NCBI GenBank assembly: GCA_021613535.1
Contig: CP075497.1
Location: forward strand, 12,462,001-12,526,000
Length of the DNA stretch: 64,000 bases
DNA from: Adineta vaga
Taxonomy: Eukaryota > Animalia > Rotifera
Direction of reading: 5' to 3'
Shown here: positions 40,095-52,333 of the stretch, piece by piece
Layout of the letters: every line of letters begins with the position of its first letter
Position numbering within the stretch: the stretch's first letter is position 1
Position numbers and translations under genes: made by a program
Notes under the pieces: generated by a model
The model's database searches: none
The model's input: only the letters and a program-made list of their open reading frames with translations
Told to the model about the DNA's origin: nothing

Positions 40095-40234
40095 TGAGAT
40101 TTGGCATCTGCTCATTTAATGTTAACTGTGATCAAACAAATAGTTCTGGAATATTTATAAGTGGACTCGTTCTTTCTAAAAGATTCGAATCATTATTTCT
40201 TTGCTGTTGATGATGATCCCAAGAATTGGCTCAT
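40095..40234 (-). pseudogene. Vps54 relic (start codons fused to a diverged piece of exon 2)
   Basis: MSQFLGSSST joined to NNDSNLLERTSPLINIPELFV*SQLTLN, versus NNDSNLLEKTTPVINIPQLFLSSQFTLN in the intact gene. Confidence 0.85.
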
Positions 40235-40374
40235 CGTTAAACTAATCATAACAACATTGAATGAAAAGATATTTTTACAAATCTAAAGTAGATTTTTATA
40301 CAATATATACATGAACATTTCTCATATTAAACAAAGAAGAAGAAGAAAAAAAAAAGACTAGTCTCATTATTCTA

Positions 40375-41356
40375 TTAATTATTATTTGTATTATTCGAAT
40401 TTTGTTGTGTTGTTGTTGTTGTTTGATCATTTGATTGTAATGAATCATTCGAAAGAACTTTTGGTTTAGGAATTTTTGATAAAATTTCTTTGATTTGTTT
40501 TCCTTCATGAGGTGAATCTGCATCATATGTTGTCATTAATTCATAATATTTAAGTAAATGTTTAACAACTTCATAAATTCTTTCAACATCAATTTGTGCA
40601 TCAATCATGTATTGTTTTAAAAGTGCCATTTTATCACGATATGTTGCTGCAAGTAATAAACAAGCTAATGCAATTTCATAAGGAGGATAAAGAAGAGGTG
40701 CATCTGTTTTTAATGAATCATTTATAATACGCCATGATGCTTCAAATAATTGTTGATCGATTTGAAATTCTCTTGTATACATATCTAATGAACGATATGG
40801 ATGATAAACAATTAAACAACAATCCATTATTTCAAGTAAATAAAATTCACATTCAAGAATATGTTTTATCTGATATGGATATTCATTTGGACCACCTAAA
40901 CAAAATACATTGAAACTTTTATTTTTTTCAATAAGAATAAAAACAATGAATTTTTTTACCAAGAAGATGAACATATTTTTTGTAAGTTGCAGCAGCTGCA
41001 TTACAAACTCTTGGATGATTTAATGTTGAGAATTCTTCAACTTTAGCTGCAAGAAATAAACAAGTTGGACAAAGTAACCATGGATCAATACTTTTCAATG
41101 GATATCGTGCATAAAATCGTTTTAAATAAACAATTCCTGTTGCAATGACTTGTTGACGAACTTTATATTGTTCACCAATATATTGAATAATATTTGAATA
41201 GAAAATTAAAATTTTTAAATAATCATCTTCAGTTATTGGTGAAGAATTATTGTTTATTGACCAAGAAGAAATATCTCGTAAACGAACAGATAATAATTCT
41301 TGACGATCAAATAACCATTGATCAAATTGAGAACTTTTCCAATAAGATGAAGCCAT
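40375..41356 (-). CDS. CCNC: Cyclin C, copy 2
   Basis: Same exon structure as copy 1, frame intact after splicing. Visible differences are SLQ versus SSQ and one fewer Thr in the tail. Confidence 0.93.
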
Positions 41357-41440
41357 TTATTCTTTTATCTAAAAAACAATAAATTATATTCACAATTATT
41401 TTGTATTTTACAAAATATTCTTAGAAAAAGAAATGAAATT

Positions 41441-42759
41441 CTATTTAAATCCTTTATCAGCAAGTTCTTGACGAACACGATGTAAATATGTTGGATCAGG
41501 ATAACCAAATCTAAAAGAAGAAAAAAATGAATTTCAGTAAAAAGAAAAGATATAAAAATACCGATCTGGTCCACCATAAAGATTTGTTTTATGATGAATA
41601 TCATTCCATGTTATAACATTATCCATTCCTGTTGTCACAGATTTTCCAATTGTAAATATATGTTGATCATTAAATGCACGAATTAATAAATTTAAAATTT
41701 CTTTTCCTTCATTTATATTTGGTAAATAAGCTTTTCGTACTGTTCCACTATAAGATGAACCGGGATTTGGATTTAATGAACTTTGAATTCCATGTTGAAA
41801 TGAATATGTTATTTCAATTGTTCCACCTTCATTCGGATCATATGAATATGATTCAAATCCAGGTAAAACCACTTGAATGAATCGTGTTGACATTTGACCA
41901 TTTGATGGTTGAGGACCTGAAGGAATGAATAAAGAATATTTTAATAAAAGTATTTAAAAAAAAACCTTTAGAAATTCCATAAACATATCCACAACTTGGA
42001 CAAGATTGTTTTCCATTCGATTGAAACCATTGATCAATACAAGATTGATGAAAAGAATGACCACAGATTTCAAGTCGACGACAAGAAGAAGAATTTAACG
42101 GTTCAAGACATATCATACAATCACCAAGTTCTTCATGTTGTTCTAAATCAATTCTTTTTATTAAAAGAAAAATTGAGAATATTTATTAAAACCTTCGTCA
42201 TTCCATCGATGTTGATGATCAAATTGAGATATTTCATCATTATTACTAAATGTATTTGATGAAATTGTTATAGAATTATTTTTTAGTGATTTTTGTAATT
42301 CTTCAAATTTCTCTACCCATATTTGACATGTATAAAGAATATGTTGATCATTAACAGACATATCACGATAATTGATTTCATTTCCAAGATTTAATTGACG
42401 AAATTGACATAGAATACAACCTTGAGAAATACATTGAGAACAATGAAAATGATTTTTAGAACATGAAAATGGTTGTTCAATAACATTTAAATTATTACAA
42501 CAAACTAAAATAGAAATGGAATATATTAATAAATATCTCGAACTTGAAGAATATCTTATTTACCTGAACATATTTTATAACTAAATATAAATTGTTCAGC
42601 AAATTTGTACCAACAATTTGGACAAGTTGTTTGACAAATTGTATCGTTTAAAACACAATGATTACAAATAATATGTCCACAATTGAGTATTTTTCCACTG
42701 TTAATTATTGATTGTGAACACCATTGACATATTCGATTGATTGAACGATTGGAATTCAT
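41441..42759 (-). CDS. Deltex-family E3 ligase, copy 2
   Basis: Same structure as 28930-30247; NINEG versus NIKEG. Confidence 0.9.
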
Positions 42760-43269
42760 CTGAAATACAAATTCATGATCGATAATTTTGTAATATAAAA
42801 GAAGATTCTCTTTTTTTCGACAAGACAAACTCAACTGAAAAAAAGATCGAAACATTTTCCTGATTGGGTATTTCACGGATTCATATACAACAATAGAAAA
42901 AAAGAGTATATTCATTCAACTGATCAACAACTAACGCCATCTATCGACAAACGATTCATTAAATAAGTCAAGTATGAGTATGATATTTTAGAATAGACAG
43001 TACAGGTTTTGTTCGCTTGTCTAGCCATACGCTTCAATGATTATTTCAATAGTTAAGGTAAAAAATACAGAGGAATATTTGCCACAAAACTCGTAAATTC
43101 AAATTTTATGTTATAGTTTGTTAACAAAATTACTATGCGAAAGAACTTAGCGTTACTTATTTATTTCTTGTTTAAGAAAAATAAAAATTTATGAAAAGTC
43201 TTTGGCTTTAAATGTTCAAACACCGAGTTGATAGATGAATGTTTGTTACGACGGATGAACCCCTTCAGG

Positions 43270-45203
43270 CTATTTTTTCGTTTTAGATAAACGACTTTTG
43301 CGTGTCTAGAAAAATAAAGTTCAATATTTTCTCCTTATTGAATAAATAACTTACCGTGCACGACTGTTGTTGTTGTAATCTTTTAGGCTGACGTTTTCGT
43401 TGCGGTGGTAAAAAATCAGGAAGATTAGGTCGATCTTTATCTACAAATATTTTCATAGAAGATTTTTTTATCAGAAATGAATTCTTACGTTCAAATTCAA
43501 ATAATGATTCTGATTGACAAATTAAATCAGTTGGATATGCAACATGATCATCATCAACAAGAAATATTTGAAAAATTAAAATACTATAACGCAGATTATA
43601 ATCTTCGATGATGCCTTTTGGTTTGTTTGTTTTGAGAGTATAAAAATCTATTGAAAAACATTTATTTCAAAGATTATGTAATTCAAGTCTGAGTATTTAC
43701 CGTTACAATCAAGTTGATTTGGTGTATAAATTGGCCATTGTGTTATTTTCTTCAATGGACTTTGCCCTAATCGTCCCATGATTAAGTTTTTAAAACTAAA
43801 TAAAAATATCAATTGGTCGTTCTCAATTAGTCAAAAATATTTACCTAATCTGTTGATTATTTCGTATTGAATTGGTAATATCAAGTAATAATGAACCATG
43901 ATGAACTTTTGCATCTTTATCCGTAGTCCATAAAGGGTAAGGATGGCAGAAAAAAAGCTTATCAGGACCATATTGAGCTGTAATACGCGTAATACGCATC
44001 AATATTTTCATTGATATCAAATTTGAAGGTAATGCAAACATCTGAATGAGAATGGAAATAAAAGTATAAAATTCAATGAACTATTTACCTCGAACTTAAT
44101 ATAATTTTCGTCTTGTGTTGATACAAAACGAAGATCTTGTTCGAGATCACTCTTATATATAGCACGTTGGTAGGCAAGTAGTTTTGAACAGAATGCTAAT
44201 GTTTGATTTGTTTGGATTCCGTAAATACTGTTGATCAAATTTGAACGAATAATGTAATCCTTATATGAAAAAAACCTCAGTAGATATTATTTCTTTGGAA
44301 TGTGAATTAACCTACCGTTTTGACAAGAGTATCAATCTTAGCTTGATTTAGATTATTGGGCGTGCTCTCTTCTGATGAATGTATAAGTATTCGAGATAAC
44401 TCCTGGGTAAGCTGTTGCATTTGCGGTTGATCTAAATCTAAATAAATAATCTGAATAAAATAATATAAATATTATTATATACTGTACCATCAATTCGTTC
44501 ATCAACTAAATCATTTATTTCGTCACTGTTGGATGATACTGTATCGACTCCAGTTCGATCCGCAAAATCACATTGGTTATTCACTGTATTAGTTTCTGGT
44601 AAATGTATATTGTTCAAGTTCAGAAATGAATTCTACATTAAACCATTCTCGTTCCATTTGATCTATGTCATGAAAACAATTATATCAGACAGTACATAAT
44701 TTTTATTTAATTTACTTTCAGAGAGTTCATTAAAAAAATCAATATATTCGTGGCTGTTGCGTGTTGGGTCATTGCTTTGATTTATGTAGACAGAAGTCGC
44801 TTGTTCGACCACATCAGGTAATGTTTCAGTAATCGTTACTATTTCTGTTTGACCTAAATTTTGAAAAAGCGATCAAATAACAAAAAAATATCTTTTCCCA
44901 CTACTTTACCATTGTACGAGTCGCTAGGAACATCATCGATTTCATCACTACTGAGTGGGAATACATTAGCATTATCAGAACCTGCAAAAACGTTTCATAA
45001 ACTAGGTATGAAATGTACATGGATTTTTATATTTACGTAATGGTTTGTCTTCTTCTAAAAGATCATTAAGATAGTCCGATGGGGCAACTAAATAAAGAAA
45101 ATTATTAATACGGATATTTCATAACTATTGAAAGTATCATACCTTCTGTTGCATTATATTTAGTTGTAAACGATGAAAACAAGAATGGGTTTGGTGGTTC
45201 CAT
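43270..45203 (-). CDS. Multi-exon gene; putative divergent Rel-homology-domain (NF-kB-like) protein
   Basis: Starts MEPPNPF with an acidic N-terminus. Then QRAIYKSD, CHPYPL, ISFKNLIMGRL, DYNLRYSILIFQIFL and QSESLFE, followed by basic QRKRQPKR. Stop TAG at 43272-43270. The gene is solid; the family call is tentative. Confidence 0.65.
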
Positions 45204-45891
45204 CGATGAAAAAGTTTATTAATATAATACTAAAAGTATCGGCTTGTGTTAATGAAAAAAAAATGAATAATACTCTTCTTTATATACATGTAGGTTGCAA
45301 CACTCGGGTCGGTTTTTTTCTACAGTCTTGTTTTTATTCATGTTCTGTTTTTTTTTATGTGACAGGACAATAAGAAAGCAAATCCTACTACAATTCGTAC
45401 AGAGTGCGCCAACTGACAATCTTATATGCGATTATTACATCAATAGCTGATCGTAAACTAAAAATACAATTATGAATTCGTAAAAGAAAAAACGAAACAC
45501 TTTTTCGAAACATTACTATTCATATCTGTTTTTGCAATCAGTTAATAAGTTAAAGTTGATTTCAAGTACATTTTATGTATCTGATTAATTAAACTGTCAA
45601 AAACATGAAATACTTGTTTTCAATCATATTTTGTTGTATCTCTAATTGAATTTTCAATTCATTCATCTCTCTCGAAAATACCTTTATTTACTTCTAGAAA
45701 AATAATTGTCGGATTATTCAAATATTTGAAGAGAGATCTCTTACATTTTTTAGACACTCTTTATCTGTATTAAATTTCCTATTTTAAGATTTAATCTTCT
45801 AAGAAACTATTAAATTATAGTAGAATTAGACATGGATTTTATAAAGTAGAATAAAATGAACTACATCGAACATAAAAAAAGAACGCGTTAA

Positions 45892-46854
45892 TCATTTTTG
45901 ATGACGTGTTATATCCGGTCGATTTGTCATTGATATTGGTTGAATTTGCATTCCTCTTCTACAATGAAAGATTTTTGAAAATAATCGAATTAATTCTTCT
46001 CGATAAACTCGTGCTGTTAGAATATAAAGAAAAAATGTTGTTGCATAAGAAAAATGAAATAAAAATGAAACCATTGATAAAGCAAAGAAAAATTCCATTG
46101 TTGGAATAAAACCAAATGGTAATGTTAACATTAAATAAAAGATACACATTGGCATATTTAAGAAAATATAAATTAAAACTTGAAGAAATAACATTCGAGC
46201 TAATTGACCTTCTGTTCGACGATATCGAATTGTTACTTGAGGAATAATTCGTAATTGTGTTGTATTATAAATTGTTAATAAACCAAATAAAATCATTAAA
46301 ATGGGTGGAACACCAGCAAATAAAATAATTTGAACAAAATAAAATAATTGATTATAAAATGTTTCAGGACGAATTGTACATCCATATCCATCATCACGTA
46401 AGTCATTTAAAACAATTGTATTAATAAAAAATAATAAAATACATATAACAAGAATTATGATTATTCTTTGAGCATATTTTACATTACTTAAAGAACGAAT
46501 TTTTGCATTTGATGAACTTGCACAAAAACGATCAATTGATGCTAAAATTATGAAATATGGAGAGAGAAATGGACAAGTACTACCGATGTATTGAAGAATT
46601 TTACAGGAAAGATTAGAAATCGTTTGTCCATCAATGAAATAACCATTGGATAAGAGATATTGAATAACGAATAATGAATAAATGAAATTATTTGATGATA
46701 AAGCTAAGAAATATTTTGAACATGAATGATTTCGTAAATTTGGTCGTGTTAAAATAAAAATATTCAAACCATTTCCACATACACCCAAAATGATTATTAT
46801 TGGTAAAATTATTTGAGCTAATTTTACAGAAAGTTCTCCTAACAATTCAGACAT
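45892..46854 (-). CDS. Rhodopsin-like (class A) GPCR, intronless
   Basis: Seven TMs, GVCGNGLNIFIL, LASIDRF, FFLYILTARVYREEL. Confidence 0.93.
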   Translation of the reverse strand: MSELLGELSVKLAQIILPIIIILGVCGNGLNIFILTRPNLRNHSCSKYFLALSSNNFIYSLFVIQYLLSNGYFIDGQTISNLSCKILQYIGSTCPFLSPYFIILASIDRFCASSSNAKIRSLSNVKYAQRIIIILVICILLFFINTIVLNDLRDDGYGCTIRPETFYNQLFYFVQIILFAGVPPILMILFGLLTIYNTTQLRIIPQVTIRYRRTEGQLARMLFLQVLIYIFLNMPMCIFYLMLTLPFGFIPTMEFFFALSMVSFLFHFSYATTFFLYILTARVYREELIRLFSKIFHCRRGMQIQPISMTNRPDITRHQK

Positions 46855-47206
46855 TTATCAATCTCTTCAATGAAATCTTCTTCTTCCTTTTTATATATAT
46901 CTTCTCTTTCCTTAGGATAAGAGAGCACTCGTTTCTTTCTCTCAATAACAATGTCATCAACAGATTTGACACATTTCATTAAATAAATGAAATTTTGCTA
47001 AAAAAAGATTTTTTCTTATTATATTTTTCTGTCTGAAAATGAGGGAAGAAAATTGTTTCTTACCATCTGAAATCAATTAGATCGAAAAGATAAAAATCTG
47101 ATTTTCGAGACAGTTTTATTTGGAATCAAATCTTTTTTCAATTTATCAAATAAAACTACGAAAAAAAATCCTGCCAGATTTGTTTCATTTGTTGTTTACT
47201 TTTGGA

Positions 47207-49461
47207 ATGAAATCGTTTATTCAATTTCTTATCTTATCAATCATTTCAGTAGGAAAAATCTTTATTTTATAGAAAATAAAGTTCGTTTTTTCTTAGTTTG
47301 GATTGATTAGTGCTGATTTTAGTAGTGATGAAGATTTCGAAGAAAATTCACTTCCAGGTGAAAAGGAAAAAGTTAATTTTTCTTTTAAATAACTTTTTAT
47401 TTAGATGCATTATGTAATCAAATCTATGAAAGCGAAGGTAATGGACATATAATAACATATGGTGATGCATTAGAATATATAAAAAATCGAGAAATTCGAG
47501 ATGGATTTTGTGAATTTGATTTCACATCAGATTTCATGAAAATTTGTGAACAGAATTTTTTTATTGGACAAAAAAATTCAGTAAATCAAATTCAACAAGC
47601 TCAAATTAGTTTCTATGATGAATATGGAAATATTCTTTTAAATAATCAAGGAATTCCTTTACAATTTCTATCAAAAACACAAGCATTTGGACAAAGAATT
47701 CAATTAATCAATCAAAATTTTCCATATTCATATGCCAAATGTCGTTTACAATTACAACCAGATTGTAATTTTGATCCAAATACACTTTTCTTTCATTTTC
47801 CTCAATCATTATTAACATCTTCAAAAAGTAAGATCAATCAATTATTAAATACTAAATATACCATTCTTCTCAGTTGAATATCATCAGTAAGGAAGTACCG
47901 ATTAACCGGATGGTGCAGTACTCTTGACCAAAAAACAGATGAAATACTGCTTTTGAGGTTCTATTGATTTTTGGAGCTTTCTCGTACGTTTCGATCTGGA
48001 TAGAAAACAAAGTTCCGAGGACATCAGTCGCTCTCCGTCATTAAATGACTTTTCGATGAATAACGTATTGTCTATTCTAATTGTTAAGTATCAGCTTGTT
48101 ATGATGGAAAAATAACAAAAGGTGAAACTGATCAAGATTGTGGTGGTATTTGTGTTCCGATACGAAAATGTCCTGTTGATTCATCTTGTAAAAAGTCATC
48201 TGATTGTAAAAGTGGTTTCTGTGCTTCAAATGTTTGTTTACGTAAGAAGATTTCAACAATCTCTATTAAATTAATTTCTTTTCTTTTTTTAAGCTTCACA
48301 TTGTAATAATAGCTATCATGATAAAGGTGAAAGTGATGCTAACTGTGGTGGAACATGTTCATTGGGTTTAAAATGTAATGTAACTCAATCGTGTAACTAT
48401 TCCTCCGATTGTCAAAGTGATTTATGTTTAGCTGGAAAATGTTTACGTAAGAAATGGAATTTTATTGGAAATTTGAAATAAAAACTTTTCGTTTTAGCTT
48501 TGCATTGTATTAATTCACAAAAAGATGAAAATGAAACTGGATTGGATTGTGGAGGTGTTTGTAGTCCAGAAAAAAAATGTTGTAATTATATGAAATGTAA
48601 TAAATCTAGTGATTGTATTAGTAACAGTTGTATTAACAATATTTGTGGTATGTTTATGTTTTCATTTTGATTGATTCGACTTCGTTCGATTGAAATTAAT
48701 CTTGTATTAAAAGTGTTTTCACAAAAATATTGAATTGATTTCAAAATAAGTTTTTGCTTTTTTTTTTAGAACCAATCGATCGTTGTTCGAAAAATTGTTT
48801 AAATCATTGTAGACCATACCTTTTGATAACATTTGGTTCTGGTGAAAATCAATTTTCTAATGCAACAGCATCGACTTTTAATTTTAGTACTGCCCTTAAA
48901 AAAGGAAATGAAGAAAATACTTCAGGTGGACATTATTCTTTTCCAAATAAGCGATCAACTCCATATAGCGAAAAGTATAATTTTAAACAAGATCATACAT
49001 TCGATGATGTAAATGGATATTTCTATCTTGCTAATATTGATGAAAAAAACCAAACAATATTTAATTATACTATTGATGAACTTTGTATTGGATTATGTTA
49101 TGAATTTTCTGCTTATATGGCAGATTTTCATCCGAAATTGCGTGAAACACATATTTTACCAAACATCACTTTTCAAGTTCGAACGGATGATGTGCTTGCT
49201 GAAATCAAAATTGATGGTATAAATCAATACAACGAACCGACTTGGGCAAAATATGGTCTTTCATTTAATGCAACAACGTCTTCTGTCACTCTATTAATAA
49301 TTTGTGATGAGAAGAGTTCTGAAGGTAATGATTTACTTATTGATGATATTGAATTACGTACTTGTTCAAATGATCAATCACGTTCTTGTTTATTCGGTTC
49401 GTATAAAAACTAAATTTATTACAAATCAAAAATGAAATTCTTTTTAGATTGTTCGGATTAA
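47207..49461 (+). CDS. Secreted mosaic protein: three Cys-rich ETDxDCGG repeats plus a C-terminal beta-sandwich (DHT..NGY / GNDLLIDDI) domain
   Basis: Signal peptide MKSFIQFLILSIISFGLISA. Repeat exons ~48095-48241, ~48294-48446 and ~48498-48647. Large exon 48770-49396. Stop at 49459-49461. Confidence 0.8.
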
Positions 49462-49614
49462 TCAACACTTCCAAATCTTATCATTTTCTTTTCTTTTATT
49501 ATTGTTGTTGAATAAATAACTAAATAAAAAGAAAGATAAAGATTCGACGAAAGATTATTTCAATCGAAAATAATTCTCATTAATAAAGCGCAAAAGAAAA
49601 AAGTTTTTTCTTTA

Positions 49615-50451
49615 ATGAAAAGTGAAAATTCTCGTTTAAGTTTTCATTCAACTCAATCAGAAGAAACATATTTATCAAGAAAAACAAATTTTTGTGAACA
49701 AATTTTATTTTATGTTCCATTAATAATTTCTTTGATTCTTTTACTAAGTGGAATTCTTTTATTTATCTATATTGAACAAAAACATAATAGACATAATCAA
49801 GAAGAATTTCTATCTTTTCAAGATAATTCTTTCAAATCAATATTTAATGGTTCTATTTCATTTTTCAATTAATAAATAAAAATTCTTTTTCTTTTAGAAA
49901 CTTTTCTTCAACTTTCTTGTTCATTTGAAAAGAAAGAAACATTAAGTGAACTTGATTTTGTTTTAAATGAAAGTAATTGTGGTTCAAATCGTTCATCATT
50001 GATTTATTTCTCCTATACAAAACGAATTCATTTTAATCAAATGATTCATTTTGATAAACGAATGATTTATCCACCAAATTTTAATTTTAATTGGACATTT
50101 CTATCAGAAATCAATTCTATTTCATTTATTTCAATATTATTAGATCCACAATTTAATAATTGGGGTATTATTACAATTCTTCTTCATGAAATTCGCTATT
50201 TTTCATTAAATATTCGCAATGGATTAAGTATTTGTTTATATCATCCAGTAGAGAATTTAAAATTTACTTTACAACCAAAAATTCTCTTATTTTATAGAAC
50301 AAATCAATCTTATTTTATGATTTTAACAAAAACAACTTGTTATCATTCATCTCATTCATTTAGTTTATCCGAATATATTCAATTAATTCAATTAAAACTT
50401 ATTGCTACAACAAATTTTACGATTGAAAATTATTATTTCGATTTTCATTAA
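49615..50451 (+). CDS. Uncharacterised single-pass membrane protein (2 exons)
   Basis: N-terminal TM (ILFYVPLIISLILLLSGILLFIYI); an intron at ~49850-49897 joins the two ORFs. Confidence 0.65.
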
Positions 50452-50567
50452 TTTCCTACAAAAAAAAATGAAAATCTCCTATAAAATTGAGGAATGACAT
50501 CATCACGTTATTCGTTTATTCTCATGTTTTGTCTTTAATATGTGAATAGATCGGATTTGTATTGAAT

Positions 50568-50643
50568 AACCTATGTCAAGACAGTCTTGGCATAGGTTTA
50601 CCTACGTGTCTTGTGTTCATAGAATAGATGCGACATCTATCGA
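50568..50643. promoter_or_regulatory. Two adjacent palindromes upstream of the SAYSD1 cluster
   Basis: AACCTATGTCAAGAC-A-GTCTTGGCATAGGTT (50568-50598, one mismatch) and ATAGATG-CGA-CATCTAT (50624-50640). A regulatory role is inferred from position only. Confidence 0.35.
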
Positions 50644-50856
50644 AAGTTTGTTAAAACTTATAAATGATTAAATATGAAATCTTTTCGAAAGTTAATTGAT
50701 GAATTATTTGAATTGATAAAAAGAAAATCTGTTAGTTTTAATGATGTCAATTGAAAGATATTCGACTGGTTTATAGAAATCCAATAAAAGATTTGTTCTG
50801 CGAAAAACGTGCATTGCATTGCAAATCTGATCTGTCTGCTGATTTTCACTGATAAA

Positions 50857-51270
50857 ATGGAAGCAAAATTAGCTGAATTTCGTAAATCACATGTTCAGAA
50901 CAAACCTTTTATCAATTGGAATAAAATCACATCAATCTTTTCATTTTCAAATAAATTATCTCAAATTAAAATCGAGAAAGACGAAGAAAAGGAAGAAACA
51001 GGAACAACTTGGCAAATCATTTTCTTAAAATTTTGTATTTGGTTCATATTATTCTTGATATTTATTCGTATTGAATTTGGTGCCATTTATTTTATTCTTT
51101 CTCTTTTATATTTAATTTGGATAAATTTAAGTTCTCATCGTCGACGATCAAATGAATTAAGTGCTTATTCAGTTTTTAATCCTAATTTTGAAAAACTTCA
51201 AGGAACATTTTCTGCAGAAGATTATGACCGTCAATTAAGACGTGGTGGATCACCTTTAATTTCATCGTAA
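50857..51270 (+). CDS. SAYSD1: SAYSvFN domain-containing protein
   Basis: MEAKLAEFRK, IEFGAIYFILS, ELSAYSVFNPNFEKLQGTFSAE. Confidence 0.93.
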   Translation: MEAKLAEFRKSHVQNKPFINWNKITSIFSFSNKLSQIKIEKDEEKEETGTTWQIIFLKFCIWFILFLIFIRIEFGAIYFILSLLYLIWINLSSHRRRSNELSAYSVFNPNFEKLQGTFSAEDYDRQLRRGGSPLISS

Positions 51271-51294
51271 TTCTTCTTCGTCTTTTTTTTTCAG

Positions 51295-52247
51295 ATGATT
51301 TCTTCTTCAATAAAACGTTTTTGTAATTCATCAATAAAAAAATATCATTGGTCACCAATCATTGCTGATGAATATCTTGATTTACCTGATTTTCAATTAA
51401 TGATTGTTGCTCATATAAAAGATCGTCGTTTAACCAATGAAATTCTTGAATTAATCGATGAAATTTATCCATGGAATAATTCATTAAAACATATAAGAAG
51501 AATATCAAATTCAGATATTATTCTTTATCCTTCAACATTTTCTAAACCAATTGAAAAAGATTTATTTGATAAATATTTTGATATGGAAATAAAAGAAATA
51601 AATATTCCGAAAACACCTTGTTTATTTAAATGGCAATATGAGAAATGTATTCAACAAACTTGGACAAATTTAATCTTTCGACAAAATCCAATTCTTGAAC
51701 AATCAATTTTAAAGAAAAAATTAAATGAAAATGATGAAATTATTTTAAATTTACTTCAAGTTTGTTGAATAAAAGAATCTTTGAAAAGATATTTTGTTTG
51801 TCTTTTTAGAAAATTCAAGGTGATGATAAAGAAGTTCATTGTGCAATTATTGTTGATAATGACGGACAAATTCCATTAGTTGGAACACGAGATTATCGTC
51901 ATGAACATCCATTACAACATTCAACAATTGTTGCAATTGATTCTCTTTCGAAAAATTCATTTTATTTAAGAGAAAATCTTTTAGAAAAATTTCTTGAAAA
52001 ATCTCAACCGAAAAAATCTTATTTATTAAATGGTTGTTCGATTTATTTAACTTATGAACCTTGTATTATGTGTTCAATGGCTTTACTTCATTCAAGAATA
52101 TCAAATGTTTATTATTTATATCGAAATCAACAATATGGAGCTTTAGGATCAATTTATAAATTACATACTTCGAAAAAAACCAATCATCGATTTAATGTTT
52201 ATCAATTAGAAACGATTTCTAATGATGATGATGATGTAAATAATTGA
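51295..52247 (+). CDS. ADAT3: tRNA adenosine deaminase non-catalytic subunit (Tad3/ADAT3)
   Basis: Exons 51295-51759 and 51810-52247. HPLQHSTIVAID (catalytic Glu absent), EPCIMCSMALLHSRI, NHRFNVY. Confidence 0.92.
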
Positions 52248-52333
52248 AATAAAGATTTTGTTTTTGAAAAAAAAATTAGTAAATAAAAGAAAACAGACCG
52301 ATGTTCAAATGGATTTGTTTTAGATAAGAAACA

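Larger units (their letters stand above)
40205..42991. repeat. Segmental duplication, copy B
   Basis: Direct near-identical copy of 27691-30473 with scattered SNPs and indels. Confidence 0.97.

Noticed and set aside
51267-51294. Possible 28-nt cis intron fusing SAYSD1 to ADAT3
   Set aside because: It is far shorter than the other introns here, and splicing gives TCA TCA TGA (an immediate stop), so no fusion protein results.
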